From IMG/VR virus record IMGVR_UViG_3300021387_000016: a stretch of 64,000 nt of DNA. The stretch is one strand, 5' to 3'. This document shows, one piece after another, positions 1-9,968 of this stretch. The notes beneath the pieces are model-generated. The model was given only the letters and a program-made list of their open reading frames with translations, did no database searches and had not been told where the DNA came from. The stretch is from an uncultured virus (IMG/VR IMGVR_UViG_3300021387_000016) (lineage: Duplodnaviria > Heunggongvirae > Uroviricota > Caudoviricetes). Numbering within the stretch: the stretch's first letter is position 1; every line of letters starts with the position of its first letter. Position numbers and translations under genes: made by a program.

Positions 1-194
1 TTCTGTCTATACACTCCACCATCTGAAGTACCAATGCACTTAGCTAAAATAGTTGCACCACTTGAAATTGTAAACTCAATATATCCAGTGCTAGCCCATA
101 TCAAATACATCTTGTTTGGAGTATACCCACTAGAGCTTGTATAGTATGCGCTAGAGTTCCATGTTGGTGTAAAAGCATGGAAGCTAGAGGTGGT
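1..194 (-). other. Silent variable cassette A (truncated by window edge)
   Basis: Open frame TTSSFHAFTPTWNSSAYYT... begins at the Thr codon of site GTT193; no start codon or RBS. Confidence 0.7.
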
Positions 195-197
195 TCG

Positions 198-482
198 TTA
201 AAATGTTTCGCTACGATAATACAACTTTCCTGTATATACAACCGCAACGTTTGTCGCTCGATATCCTTTATTTACTACAACAATTCCAGTTGAAGGTGTA
301 TATGATATTGTCACATTTCCTAATGTCACGCTACCATCGGGAGTATGTCCTTGAACAGACGTTACAATGATAAAAAAGTTGTCGCTAGTTAAACTAGAAT
401 AATTTGTTAATTGACTACGTATATCAAATGTATCTTGCTGATAAGCAGTACGTAAATCCGCTAAATACTTGACTTCCAGTGT
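198..482 (-). other. Silent variable cassette B (absent from ORF track)
   Basis: Manual translation TLEVKYLADLRTAYQQDTFDIRSQLTNYSSLTSDNFFIIVT...YYRSETF*; its TAA lies inside the next site; paralogous to cassette F. Confidence 0.8.
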
Positions 483-519
483 TCGTTGAAATCATACGAG
501 CCAAAAGTTGTTGTTAATT

Positions 520-822
520 TTAGTTAAATGTAAATAATCCATAACCCGCAGTATTATGTCTATTAGTATTACAACGTATAGTTACAGAAGTCGCTTCACT
601 AGGAACAGATATATTTCCTGTAATTGTTGGCTTTGTATTTCCTACAGTTCCAGTTGTTCCATTACTAAAAGAATAAGTAATAGTTGGAGTGACATCTGAG
701 TGACCAGTGAATGAATATGCAATTGTGGATAATCCATTTACAGGAAACGTATACGTATAATACGCTGGATACGTATTCCCAGCATGGTAGTTGGTAAATG
801 AAAAAGTTACACCAGACAATGT
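520..822 (-). other. Silent variable cassette C
   Basis: ORF 520..819 extends in frame to site GTT821; T/S/Y/G-rich beta-type sequence. Confidence 0.8.
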
Positions 823-840
823 TCGTTGAAATTATACCGA

Positions 841-1134
841 TTATTTCAAAGCATAAACTACTGATACTCCTTGATATACATTACCTAGCTGATATGGAGT
901 TGATGTAACTGTAATATCTGTCCAAGCGGGTGATATCGTGTAGTTTCTAAATACTCTGTACTTTCCTGTTCTTAACGCAAATGTATTACATTCGGTTGAT
1001 ATGTTTGAGAATTGGAAATACGTAGTAGAAAATGAATAATGATTACTAATTGATATTTCGTTCATGCTTGAATCATAAACAGTAGCTCCTTGATTCACAC
1101 AATAGACCAATACTTCATTCCATTCAATTCCCGT
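841..1134 (-). other. Silent variable cassette D
   Basis: Frame TGIEWNEV... opens at site GTT1133. Confidence 0.8.
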
Positions 1135-1155
1135 TCCTTGGAAAAACACGCAATT

Positions 1156-1464
1156 TTAGTTAATCAAAGATACTGGCCCAGTGCCTACTACAAATATACA
1201 TCCACCACTCATAGAACCAGAGTAAGCTCCTGTGACTTGTATCACTCCTGAACTTATGAATGAAGGAGATACACGCGCATCTGTAATACCGTCAGTATAG
1301 ATTTTGGTAAGAGTGTTTGTGCTAGATTTAAAGCTCCACATACCATTACCATAGTAAGCACCTAACATCAGATATCCGTCAGGTGCTTGAGACACATTAA
1401 ACTGTCGATTGTAAACTACAGTAGTGGCTTCTATCATAGGAGAATAGGCTACGCTTGGGGTTGT
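1156..1464 (-). other. Silent variable cassette E
   Basis: Frame TTPSVAYSPMIEATT... opens at site GTT1463. Confidence 0.8.
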
Positions 1465-1479
1465 TCGCTAAAATACTAC

Positions 1480-1755
1480 TTACGTTGTTGGTAACGGTTC
1501 AGGAGTGTAATAAACTCTGCAATTACAATACAGATAATATTCTCCGCCCCATCCCGCGCTACATGTTAATGTCCCTGTAGAGGAATCATATGTCCAAGTG
1601 GGAGTTGGATCACCATAAGAAATATTATGTGCAGCTATAGATGTAACTATGCAAAAGAAATTATCATGTGTCGCACTTCTGTAAGCAGAAACTTTAGACT
1701 TTACATCAAAAGAACTACTTAGCGAAAACGTTCCGATAAAGATATTTTGTGAAGT
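1480..1755 (-). other. Silent variable cassette F (absent from ORF track)
   Basis: Manual translation TSQNIFIGTFSLSSSFDVKSKVSAYRSATHDNFFCIVT...EPLPTT*; an in-frame TGA sits immediately upstream, so full-length expression needs fusion. Confidence 0.8.
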
Positions 1756-1775
1756 TCATTTGAATAATACCTTAA

Positions 1776-2105
1776 TTATTCAATCCACAACTGTGACCAA
1801 TAGCCACCACCATAGTTATAGTAAGAAAAAGAATCCGAATCAGTTTTTATAGTTCCTGTGAACACATATAATCGAGTTATGCTAGAAGGAGCATATACAT
1901 AATTAGTGTGCCCATTATTGTAACTACAATCATAGTAAGTTCCGGTTAGCACTGTTCCGTTTTGAGAATATGTGAGAGTATAACCCTCCACAGTATACGC
2001 AGTAATAACAAACTTCTTGCCTTTGTATCCGTTGATTAACATTTCTGGAAATGATGAACTAGAAGTACTTGGATAAATATAGTAAGCTGTGGAATATTGC
2101 GCAGT
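1776..2105 (-). other. Silent variable cassette G
   Basis: Frame TAQYSTAYYIYP...EMLINGY opens at site GTT2104. Confidence 0.8.
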
Positions 2106-2108
2106 TCG

Positions 2109-2468
2109 TCAATATGCTACAATTTCTGCACTATTGAAAAAAGCAGTTCCCAATGCACCACTAAACGTACCAACATAACCAAAAGATTGCCCAATATTAT
2201 AATTGTTATCTACAGAGTATTGTGTGGTAGCATTATCAAAATGTCCAACTATATGACAATTTTTTAATGCAGTAACAGTAAGATTATTGCCAGTTCCATA
2301 CTTCCATGTTGAATCCCATGTTAGCTTAAAGAAATTATTGACATTAACTTCAAAACTTGTAGCCCCTAAATTATTAGTATGCGTTAACAACGATTTTCCA
2401 CTAAACGAAGATGGAGTATATATTGTATCTCCATAATACAAGCCATAAAAATAGGCTTGAAGTCCCGT
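2109..2468 (-). other. Silent variable cassette H
   Basis: Frame TGLQAYFYGLYYGD... opens at site GTT2467. Confidence 0.75.
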
Positions 2469-2490
2469 TGGTATAAATCACACGTAAATT

Positions 2491-2820
2491 TTACTTGAAT
2501 ACAATAGCAACGTCACCACCGACAGTATTCCAAGTCGCTGATTGATAATTAGTAACTTCTATTTGATACAGCGAACATTTTGAGTTATACCCACCTGGAT
2601 AATTTGCATTTGCATTCTTACTATTTACTGTACTTAAATGAGTTGCAGTAGCATTCGTGAGTCCGTTTATTGCAATAGGGTTAGTATCTGTATTTGTTGC
2701 ATTGTATGTCTCAATTAGCATGTACCATGTTCCATTAGACTTAAATGGCAAATCTTGATTTGCATTATAGTGCGGTTTGTACATTGCAGCATTTGTTATC
2801 GAGTACAGATTTGAGGGAGT
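2491..2820 (-). other. Silent variable cassette I
   Basis: Frame TPSNLYSITNAAMYKP... opens at site GTT2819. Confidence 0.8.
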
Positions 2821-2827
2821 TCCTTAA

Positions 2828-3145
2828 TTAAATACCATATATTTGTTTAGGGACAGCTGCATTAGAACCTCCTACTCCGTTAGGCAAAACACCATTAGTG
2901 AAAGTCACTCCGCTATTATCAACAGTTACGTTCCTACCGTATGCACAATAGTTTACAAGTGAGCAACACATTGCAACAAAAGAGTTTGATGTGCCTTTGT
3001 CTACATATGCAACATTTGAAACGCTTTGTAACGTGATATCGTATCCAACAATTATTACTCCACTATAAGATGTCAAGTCTAGTGATACTTTCTGAGCTGC
3101 AAATTCTGCACTAAGATTAGGGTTTGTCCAGAGCAGAGTCTTTGT
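2828..3145 (-). other. Silent variable cassette J, tail-fibre C-terminal-like
   Basis: TKTLLWTNPNLSAEFAAQKVSLDLTSY...PKQIYGI*; the LLWTNP...FAAQ.V.LDL and terminal IYG motifs are typical of Bacillota phage tail-fibre tips. Confidence 0.8.
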
Positions 3146-3165
3146 TCGAACAAAAAGGAATGATT

Positions 3166-3315
3166 ATGAGATTGAAACTTTTTATAATTGCCCTAATTTT
3201 TTTATGCATAGGATTATTTATAAAAAATCAGCTAGTAACAAGTGAGCAGTTATGCTATGTAGTAGGATCTATATTTGTTCTTCTAGCCATAGCATTAGAT
3301 GATAGAAAGAAATAA
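3166..3315 (+). CDS. Small two-TM membrane protein
   Basis: Two hydrophobic stretches and a basic tail (DDRKK). Confidence 0.5.
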   Translation: MRLKLFIIALIFLCIGLFIKNQLVTSEQLCYVVGSIFVLLAIALDDRKK

Positions 3316-3457
3316 CCGCGTAAAAGGAATGTTTGACGTGGTTTTCTTATGCAATTTTCTAATTATCTAAATTCTGTTTATAAAACTTCTAATTCTTATA
3401 ATCCCATTGTTTTATATAAACACCTCTAAAGAAAACTGATATAATCCTTAGTCGGAG

Positions 3458-4312
3458 GTGATTTATTTGGATAATGAAAAAATGATAGTAGGCTATGCCA
3501 GAGTATCTACACCCAAGCAGAGTCTACGCAGGCAGATAGACAACTTAAAGTCTGCCTACCCAAACATTGTTGTGGTGTCTGAGGTATTTACCGGAAGCAC
3601 CGACAATAGACCGAAATGGAAAAAGCTAATGAGGCAATGCCGCGCTGGTAACATTAGCAAGTTGGTTTTTGATGAAGTTTCCAGGTTCAGTAGAAATGCG
3701 GAGGAAGCTATTGTCGAGTATAAGGAATTGTATTCGTTAGGGATTGAGTTGGAGTTCCTGAAAGAGCCACACATCAATTCTAAGATATACAGAGATGCTT
3801 CTGAGCGAAAAATCGAGATTGCCACAGGCTCTATGGATCACGAGACTGCACAACTTATTACAACGGTTATAGGTGGTTTGAACGATTACTTATTGTCTGT
3901 TGCGGAAAAGCAGATATTCTTAGCATTTGAACATGCGCAAAAGGAAAGGGAACTATTATCCAAGAGAACATCAGAAGGATTGAAACAAGCTAAGTTAATG
4001 GGTAGCAAGGTAGGAAGACAACCAGGGCAAAAGTTAGTTACCAAAAAGTCTAAGAGAGCAAAACGTATAATTCGGAATCACTATGAACTATTCGGTGGAG
4101 AGTTGACCGCGACACAGTGTTTCACCCTTGCGCAAATAACGAAATCGACTTTTTATAGGTATCTGAATGAGATGAGAGAAGAAGACAAGGCCAGGGGAAT
4201 AATATGGGATGATGAAATCCTGGCAGAAAAGATAGACAAGAAAGAAACTGATCCAGACGAAATAGTTAAGACCATTATTGCTAACAAAAAAACGCGAAAG
4301 CCTATTAACTAA
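3458..4312 (+). CDS. Serine recombinase, resolvase/invertase family
   Basis: GYARVST catalytic motif, RP.W..L, DEVSRFSRN, ERELLSKRTSEGL, GR.PG and a C-terminal HTH (ITKSTFYRY). Confidence 0.95.
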   Translation: MIYLDNEKMIVGYARVSTPKQSLRRQIDNLKSAYPNIVVVSEVFTGSTDNRPKWKKLMRQCRAGNISKLVFDEVSRFSRNAEEAIVEYKELYSLGIELEFLKEPHINSKIYRDASERKIEIATGSMDHETAQLITTVIGGLNDYLLSVAEKQIFLAFEHAQKERELLSKRTSEGLKQAKLMGSKVGRQPGQKLVTKKSKRAKRIIRNHYELFGGELTATQCFTLAQITKSTFYRYLNEMREEDKARGIIWDDEILAEKIDKKETDPDEIVKTIIANKKTRKPIN

Positions 4313-4447
4313 GCAATCACGCTGATTGATAAGCATATACTTATCTTTGACAAAGAAAAAGTATATGATAAAGGCAAAAATTAAACAAGAACAAAATGAC
4401 TTAATTTTATTCATTATCTGATATAATGGATTAAAGGCGGTTACAAT

Positions 4448-4690
4448 GTGGGTTACAAGAAACATCAGCTTAAGGATGTCACAAGATCACAACTAAATCA
4501 CATCATTGATGAATATATCATAGGTTTCAAGGCAGAACGCAATCGGAGCATTATGCGTGAAAGGCTATGTGAAGGTCATACATATGAAGAACTGGCTGAG
4601 ATGTATGATATGTCTGTCAATCAGATTAAGAATATTGTATACAGGGAATTAGAAGTATTAAGCAGACATTTAGAGGTAGAAATCAACTGA
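4448..4690 (+). CDS. Sigma-70 region-4-like HTH protein
   Basis: EGHTYEELAEMYDMSVNQIKNIV. Confidence 0.75.
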   Translation: MGYKKHQLKDVTRSQLNHIIDEYIIGFKAERNRSIMRERLCEGHTYEELAEMYDMSVNQIKNIVYRELEVLSRHLEVEIN

Positions 4691-4708
4691 TTTCTACCTC
4701 TATTTTTT
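4672..4708 (+). terminator. Intrinsic terminator
   Basis: AGAGGTAGAAATCA-AC-TGATTTCTACCTCT followed by a T-run. Confidence 0.7.
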
Positions 4709-4781
4709 GGCCTAAAATTGTACTTTTCTTTGATTTTTCAATAAGTACTTTTATCTGAAAATGTATATAGAGGATAAAAGT

Positions 4782-5174
4782 ATGTCTTTTTGTTATTACC
4801 AACCAAACCCCCTACATAAGAATGGAAAAGGTGATTGCACTGTTCGCAGTGTATCAAAGGCATTAGGCATATCTTGGGATTCTGCTTACATTGATTTAGT
4901 TATGCAGGGTTATCTTTTAAAAGATATGCCTTCCTCGAATGAAGTTATGTCCTCATATCTAAGATCTAAAGGTTTTAGGCGATATGCGGTTAGCAACACT
5001 TGTCCTGATTGTTATAGCTTTGAAGATTTCGCACAAGACCATCCACAAGGAACGTTCATAGTCGGAACTGGGACTCATGTAGCTTGTATCGATTCAGGTT
5101 GCATTTACGATAGCTGGGATAGTTCCGACTGTGTGGTTATCTACTATTACGAAAAGGAGTATGAGCCATGGTAA
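4782..5174 (+). CDS. Hypothetical protein with Cys-His-Asp motif (papain-like fold suspected)
   Basis: GDCTVR...GTHVACID..IYDSWD. Confidence 0.55.
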   Translation: MSFCYYQPNPLHKNGKGDCTVRSVSKALGISWDSAYIDLVMQGYLLKDMPSSNEVMSSYLRSKGFRRYAVSNTCPDCYSFEDFAQDHPQGTFIVGTGTHVACIDSGCIYDSWDSSDCVVIYYYEKEYEPW

Positions 5175-5620
5175 ATCCAACTTATTCACCCAATTATCAG
5201 TATTGTTATCCAGGAAATCAAATGCAATATCAAGCACCTGTCATACAGCAGCCTATTCTTTCTCAACCAGTTCAACAGACTGTTCCTAATCAGATTCTTG
5301 CATGGGTTCAGAGTGAAGAAGAGGGTGTTAAATATCCACTCAATGCAGGGCAAAGCATTTTTCTTATGAATCAGCATGACCCATATCTTTATATGAAATC
5401 TGTGGATCAGCTTGGAAAAACAACATTTATCAAAAAGCGTCTTGTTGATGAAACAGAAAATCAGGAACAAAAAGTAGATCTTACTGATTATATCCGCAAA
5501 GAAGAAATTGAAAATATCATTTTGGATATTGTCCAAAAAGAAGTTGAAAAACGTGTTTCTCAGATTTCTTTTAAGCCAACAAGAAAGAAAACAGTAGTTG
5601 TTGATGAAGACGAGGACTAA
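5168..5620 (+). CDS. Conserved hypothetical protein, Q/P/Y-rich N-terminus
   Basis: ORF with RBS (AAGGAG), overlapping the upstream stop. Confidence 0.75.
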   Translation: MVNPTYSPNYQYCYPGNQMQYQAPVIQQPILSQPVQQTVPNQILAWVQSEEEGVKYPLNAGQSIFLMNQHDPYLYMKSVDQLGKTTFIKKRLVDETENQEQKVDLTDYIRKEEIENIILDIVQKEVEKRVSQISFKPTRKKTVVVDEDED

Positions 5621-5623
5621 TCT

Positions 5624-5938
5624 ATGAATCCATTTTTTAGACCAGGTATGCAAGGAATGCTCCCACCACCAGCTCAAAACATAATGAATATCATGCGTCA
5701 GGTTCAGCAAATCAAACAGCATCCAAATCAGCTTGCAGATTTATTAAAGCGAAGAGGAATGATTGATGATAACCAGGTTAAAGATATTCAAAAAATGGGA
5801 AATAACTATGAACAAATAGGACATTATCTTATGAATAATGGGAAAATGCCAACTAACATTCAGCAATACGAAAGTCAAGTTAATCAAGTCCAAAACATGA
5901 TGAATCCCCCTCAGAATGTTCAAACCGGACAGAATTAA
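5624..5938 (+). CDS. Q/N/M-rich hypothetical protein
   Basis: ORF in the same operon. Confidence 0.75.
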   Translation: MNPFFRPGMQGMLPPPAQNIMNIMRQVQQIKQHPNQLADLLKRRGMIDDNQVKDIQKMGNNYEQIGHYLMNNGKMPTNIQQYESQVNQVQNMMNPPQNVQTGQN

Positions 5939-6109
5939 TTAGACATAGAAAAAGAGCGTATCAGTATGCTTGGTGGCCTGATACGCTCCCTTACGAAACA
6001 AGTTTACACTTATTCCCTAACCAAGATAAGTATAAGCCTTTCGTAAGGATTTAACAATGGTTTCATTTTGCGCAAATGAAAATACAACCTTATGAAAGGA
6101 GAAATTCTT

Positions 6110-7036
6110 ATGAATGACGAGAACATGGTAATGCCTGTACAGCCTTTGTATGGCGGCGCTGGTTATGGCGGTGGTATGGGTGGATTCGGCTACGGCGGTG
6201 ATTGGTGGCTGATTCTTATTCTTTTATTCGCTTGTGGCGGATGGGGAAATGGATTTGGCGGCGGTTTTGGCGGCTATGGAAACATGATGCTCGGTTATGA
6301 TTTCCCTTGGCTTCTTAACGGTCAGCAAGGCATCAATAACAACGTCTCAGACGGATTCAGAGATGCACAGATTAGCAACAACGTTACTTCTATTCGTGAT
6401 GGCATTGCAGCTCTTTCTACTCAGATTTGCGGTGCTACTGGTGACATTCAGAACAGCCTTTGCAGTGGATTTAACGGTGTTACTACAGCCGTTAACACAG
6501 CTCAGAATGCTCTTGCACAGCAGCTTTACACAAATCAGATTGCAGATCTTGAGAGAAGTTACGCTGCTCAGACTGCTTCCACACAGGGAATGAGCAATAT
6601 TCAGAGTCAGCTTGCGCAGTGCTGCTGCGACAACAGATTGGCTACATGCCAGACTCAGAACATTGTTCAAAATGAAGGCAATGCTACAAGATTTGCTGAT
6701 GCAAACAATACAAGAGATATTATTGAAAATCAGAACAGGAATAGTCAGGCTATAATCGACAAGTTATGTGCTCTCGAATTAGATGGCGTTAAAAATCAGC
6801 TTGCGCAGGCTCAGAGAGAAAATGTTGGTTTACAAAATCAGCTCAATATGGCTACTTTAAGAGAGTCACAGACAGCACAGAACGCATTCATCTCACAGGG
6901 CTTTGCAAATGAAGTAGATCAGCTTTACAACAGACTTTCTAACTGTCCTGTTCCTTCAACTCCTGTATATGGAAGAACCCCTATATTCACATGCCCACAG
7001 AATCAGACTATGGGATGTGGATGCGGTAACTTCTGA
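6110..7036 (+). CDS. Gly-rich TM plus long coiled-coil protein with CCC motif
   Basis: GGDWWLILILLF hydrophobic segment, QLAQCCCD, C-terminal GCGCG; RBS AAGGAG before ATG6110. Confidence 0.8.
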   Translation: MNDENMVMPVQPLYGGAGYGGGMGGFGYGGDWWLILILLFACGGWGNGFGGGFGGYGNMMLGYDFPWLLNGQQGINNNVSDGFRDAQISNNVTSIRDGIAALSTQICGATGDIQNSLCSGFNGVTTAVNTAQNALAQQLYTNQIADLERSYAAQTASTQGMSNIQSQLAQCCCDNRLATCQTQNIVQNEGNATRFADANNTRDIIENQNRNSQAIIDKLCALELDGVKNQLAQAQRENVGLQNQLNMATLRESQTAQNAFISQGFANEVDQLYNRLSNCPVPSTPVYGRTPIFTCPQNQTMGCGCGNF

Positions 7037-7050
7037 TAGGAGGTGTTACT

Positions 7051-7500
7051 ATGGCAGAGTATATCGAAGTTGCGCCTCAGAATGTGGCCCTAAACAATCC
7101 GATTATATTCAATGCGTCCATTCCTTGTCCTAAAGGCTATGTCTATCACGAGGATGGCACAGCGAATTTTGTTCTGCGCGGTGTAACAAACAATTGCTTT
7201 GCACGTTATCAACTCGATTTTGGAGCAAACGTAGCCATTCCAGAAGGAGGGGCTGTTTCTCCAATAGCTGTAGCAATCTCTGTAAACGGAGAAATAAGAC
7301 CTAGTAGCCTTGCTATTACCACACCTGCCGCAGCTGAAGAGTTCCAGAATCTTAACGCAAGCGCAATAGTTACTGTTCCTAAAGGATGCTGCTTTAACAT
7401 TGCTGTGAAGTATGTCAGCGGTGTTACGGACGGAACAACTACACCAACCCCTACTATCGATGTTCAAAACGCAAATCTGGTTATTACCAGAATCGCGTAA
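7051..7500 (+). CDS. Beta-sandwich protein, BclA-C-terminal-like (tentative)
   Basis: Q.VA.N.PI.F...Y.L.F..NV...NANLVITRIA pattern; RBS AGGAGG. Confidence 0.55.
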   Translation: MAEYIEVAPQNVALNNPIIFNASIPCPKGYVYHEDGTANFVLRGVTNNCFARYQLDFGANVAIPEGGAVSPIAVAISVNGEIRPSSLAITTPAAAEEFQNLNASAIVTVPKGCCFNIAVKYVSGVTDGTTTPTPTIDVQNANLVITRIA

Positions 7501-7512
7501 AGGAGGCATGTT

Positions 7513-7989
7513 ATGAAGGTATATGACCAAATCAAAGACATGCTGTGCGATGAGCTGGAAGAAATTGCAAAAAAGAAAGAGCTGACTTCGAATAGCCTTG
7601 AAGTTCTTTATAAGGGTGTTGATATCCTTAAAGACATTAGTACTATCAAAGCTATGGAACAGGAATATCCTGATGAGGGTTATTCAGGCGAGAATGGTTA
7701 TTCCAGAGATGGCTATTCCAGAGGATACTTTGGAAGAATGCCTTATTATATGTATGATGACGCTCCAATGGGAATGTCTCAGGAAGGCGGCTCATATGCT
7801 CGCGGAAGAGGTTCAAACGCAAGACGTGATTCTATGGGTAGGTATTCAAGTGATGGAAGATCATATGATTACTCCAGGGATGGTTACTCAGGAGATACCA
7901 AGGAAGAGTTGCAGCGTCTTATGAACAACGCTCAGAATGACAGAGAAAGAGAAGCTATTAGAAAAGCTCTTGACAGCATGAACAGATAA
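7513..7989 (+). CDS. Hypothetical protein with GYSR repeats and RRDSMGRY motif
   Basis: ORF with AGGAGG RBS; low-complexity G/Y/S/R core. Confidence 0.8.
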   Translation: MKVYDQIKDMLCDELEEIAKKKELTSNSLEVLYKGVDILKDISTIKAMEQEYPDEGYSGENGYSRDGYSRGYFGRMPYYMYDDAPMGMSQEGGSYARGRGSNARRDSMGRYSSDGRSYDYSRDGYSGDTKEELQRLMNNAQNDREREAIRKALDSMNR

Positions 7990-7991
7990 AC

Positions 7992-8029
7992 AAAAGGGCC
8001 TGATTCCTATATGGGAGTCAGGCTTTTTT
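7992..8029 (+). terminator. Intrinsic, probably bidirectional terminator
   Basis: AAAAGGGCCTGATTCC-TATAT-GGGAGTCAGGCTTTTTT. Confidence 0.8.
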
Positions 8030-8395
8030 ATTGATGTTATCCAAACTATATCAAATTATTTTGTACAATGTTCTGTGTATCAATATTTTGGATACAGTGA
8101 TAGAATTAAACACAAGGTCGATGATAGGTATTGCAAGCCGACAAGGAGTAAATCGCTGACTCTTTCATCGACTTTAAATCAGCGAGTAACGAAAGCGAGG
8201 TTACAATCTTGGAAAAAAGTCTTTTAGAAATCCCTGATGAAAAATAACTCTTACGGATGAAAACCCATTAAACCTTTGCCATAACCATATAGAGAGGTAG
8301 AAGAATGAATGAACTACCACCACCGATGATATCGGAAATGGTTTCTCGCTGAATTTTATAATGACGTTGATGTGCGGAGATTAAGGAGAATGGAA

Positions 8396-9707
8396 ATGAA
8401 TTTAATAGATGTAAATAATATTGATTGTACTAAATTACCAAAGAAACTTTATCCTTATATGAAAGATATTTTAGATTTTTTCGATGTACAACCAACAATT
8501 GATGCAATCCCCAAAGACCAATATGAAAACCGCTTAAAGGCTGATTTAGAGGCTATTCTTGTTGAGTTACAGTTGGAGATTAAAGAAATACAATCTCTTG
8601 AAGGTGAATGTGACTATGCTATTGACGAATGTATTTATAAGTACAAAGTAACAGATTTAATCCAAGAAAAAATTAATGAGTTAAAGGGAAAAAGTTAGAA
8701 TAATGGGAAAATAAAAGGCCTTGGTATATGCCAAAAGATAAAGAACTGGAAGTCATAGAATGAGGTGCACATGGGGAAGAAACAAGATAAAGAATTAGAA
8801 CAATTAGATATTCTTACAACCTACGACATGCTCGATGATGATGATATATCAACAGAGAGACTATTCGCTTTGGTATGTGATGAGTGTCACTGTGATGTGG
8901 ATGATGTTATTAACGCATTAATGCAAGCGGGGAGACTTAAAGAAAAATGATTGAATGGAATCCTAAAATAACAATAGTGGGCAAACTAATAAATGTGCTA
9001 TACGGACTTGATGGCTGTGAAGAAGGGGGATTATTACATTTTGTTATTGAGGATGGAAATATTAAAGATGATGATATTGAGTATGCTTTACATAATTGTG
9101 TAAATAATCCTGATGAAATTGATTCTGAGTTAGGTATTATCATTTGTTGTTATCTTTCTCAGCTGACTCTAGAGCAACGTGCTTTATTATTGAGCTTGTC
9201 AAGTTCATACATAACCAAAGAGCTTTGGGAAAGTTTACAAGATAATCCTAGAGTTCAAGCCAAATTTAAAAGCTATTTAGGAACATCAATTGGAGAGTGA
9301 TGAAAATGGTGGGAATGAATAATGAAAAAATGAAACAAGAAGCTATTTCAAGAATGCAACGTTTGGAACTAGACGAGTTTGTTATTGAAGATTTCAAAAA
9401 TGGAAAACTATCTCTGTCAGATCATAATAGAATTACTGATGTTCCAGAGGACATACTTAAACAAATTAAAGAATGGGAAAATAAATTCCACAACCTTGTA
9501 TATCATGTGGTACATGGTAATTTTATGTGTGAAACTTATGAATGCTTATCTGTATCAAATTATAAGGAAGACTGGGATTATGAGAATTCAATCATGGATG
9601 ATAACTGGGTCATGTCACACAGTATCAATATTAGTATTCCGGCATATACTGAATCCGGTTCAGTAAAAGTCAAAAATAATAATGGCATTTTGCAACGTAT
9701 AAATTAA
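8396..9707 (+). CDS. Four small hypothetical genes (8396-8698, 8771-8950, 8947-9300, 9297-9707)
   Basis: ORF track; overlapping stop/start codons. Confidence 0.6.
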
Positions 9708-9746
9708 AGGAGATAGAAGAATTAGTTCAAAGAAATAATTGTATTA

Positions 9747-9786
9747 AAAAACCGCTCCTGACCCTGTAAGCTGGAACGGTTTTTTA
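9747..9786. terminator. Bidirectional terminator between convergent units
   Basis: AAAAACCG...CGGTTTTTTT hairpin. Confidence 0.65.
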
Positions 9787-9905
9787 ATCGTTATCAATCA
9801 AAGGGTATCGCTACCACCTTGTAAAAACATACTATCATATCTTCTGTAAAAATTCCACTTTTAAAATAAATTAAAGCTGAACTCAAAATTGAACTGAAAT
9901 TGAAT

Positions 9906-9933
9906 TATTCGCTAAACGCGAGTTTAACGAATA
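9906..9933. other. 11-6-11 palindrome, dif-like site candidate
   Basis: TATTCGCTAAA-CGCGAG-TTTAACGAATA; related copies at 14576 and 53089. Confidence 0.45.
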
Positions 9934-9968
9934 ATTAGTGATTTAACATGTGTCCAGGATTCTGTGCC

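Larger units (their letters stand above)
193..3161. repeat. Ten related putative invertase crossover sites, consensus about GTTCGTT(G/A)AAATNA(T/C)AC
   Basis: GTT at 193, 481, 821, 1133, 1463, 1754, 2104, 2467, 2819 and 3144; each is in the same codon phase as its cassette (all nine complete cassettes are multiples of 3 nt). Confidence 0.8.

Noticed and set aside
1..3145. Diversity-generating retroelement or CRISPR array as the explanation for the cassettes
   Set aside because: No reverse transcriptase or adenine-specific TR/VR pair is present; the units are ~300-bp coding frames with degenerate 18-bp sites, and there are no cas genes.
3458..4312. Serine recombinase as the phage integrase
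   Set aside because: It has a small resolvase/invertase architecture with a C-terminal HTH and lacks the recombinase and zinc-ribbon domains of large serine integrases.
5186..7530. Long antisense ORFs (5186..5722, 6347..6670, 7090..7530) and similar shadow ORFs elsewhere
   Set aside because: They overlap better-supported genes that have RBSs and recognisable motifs.
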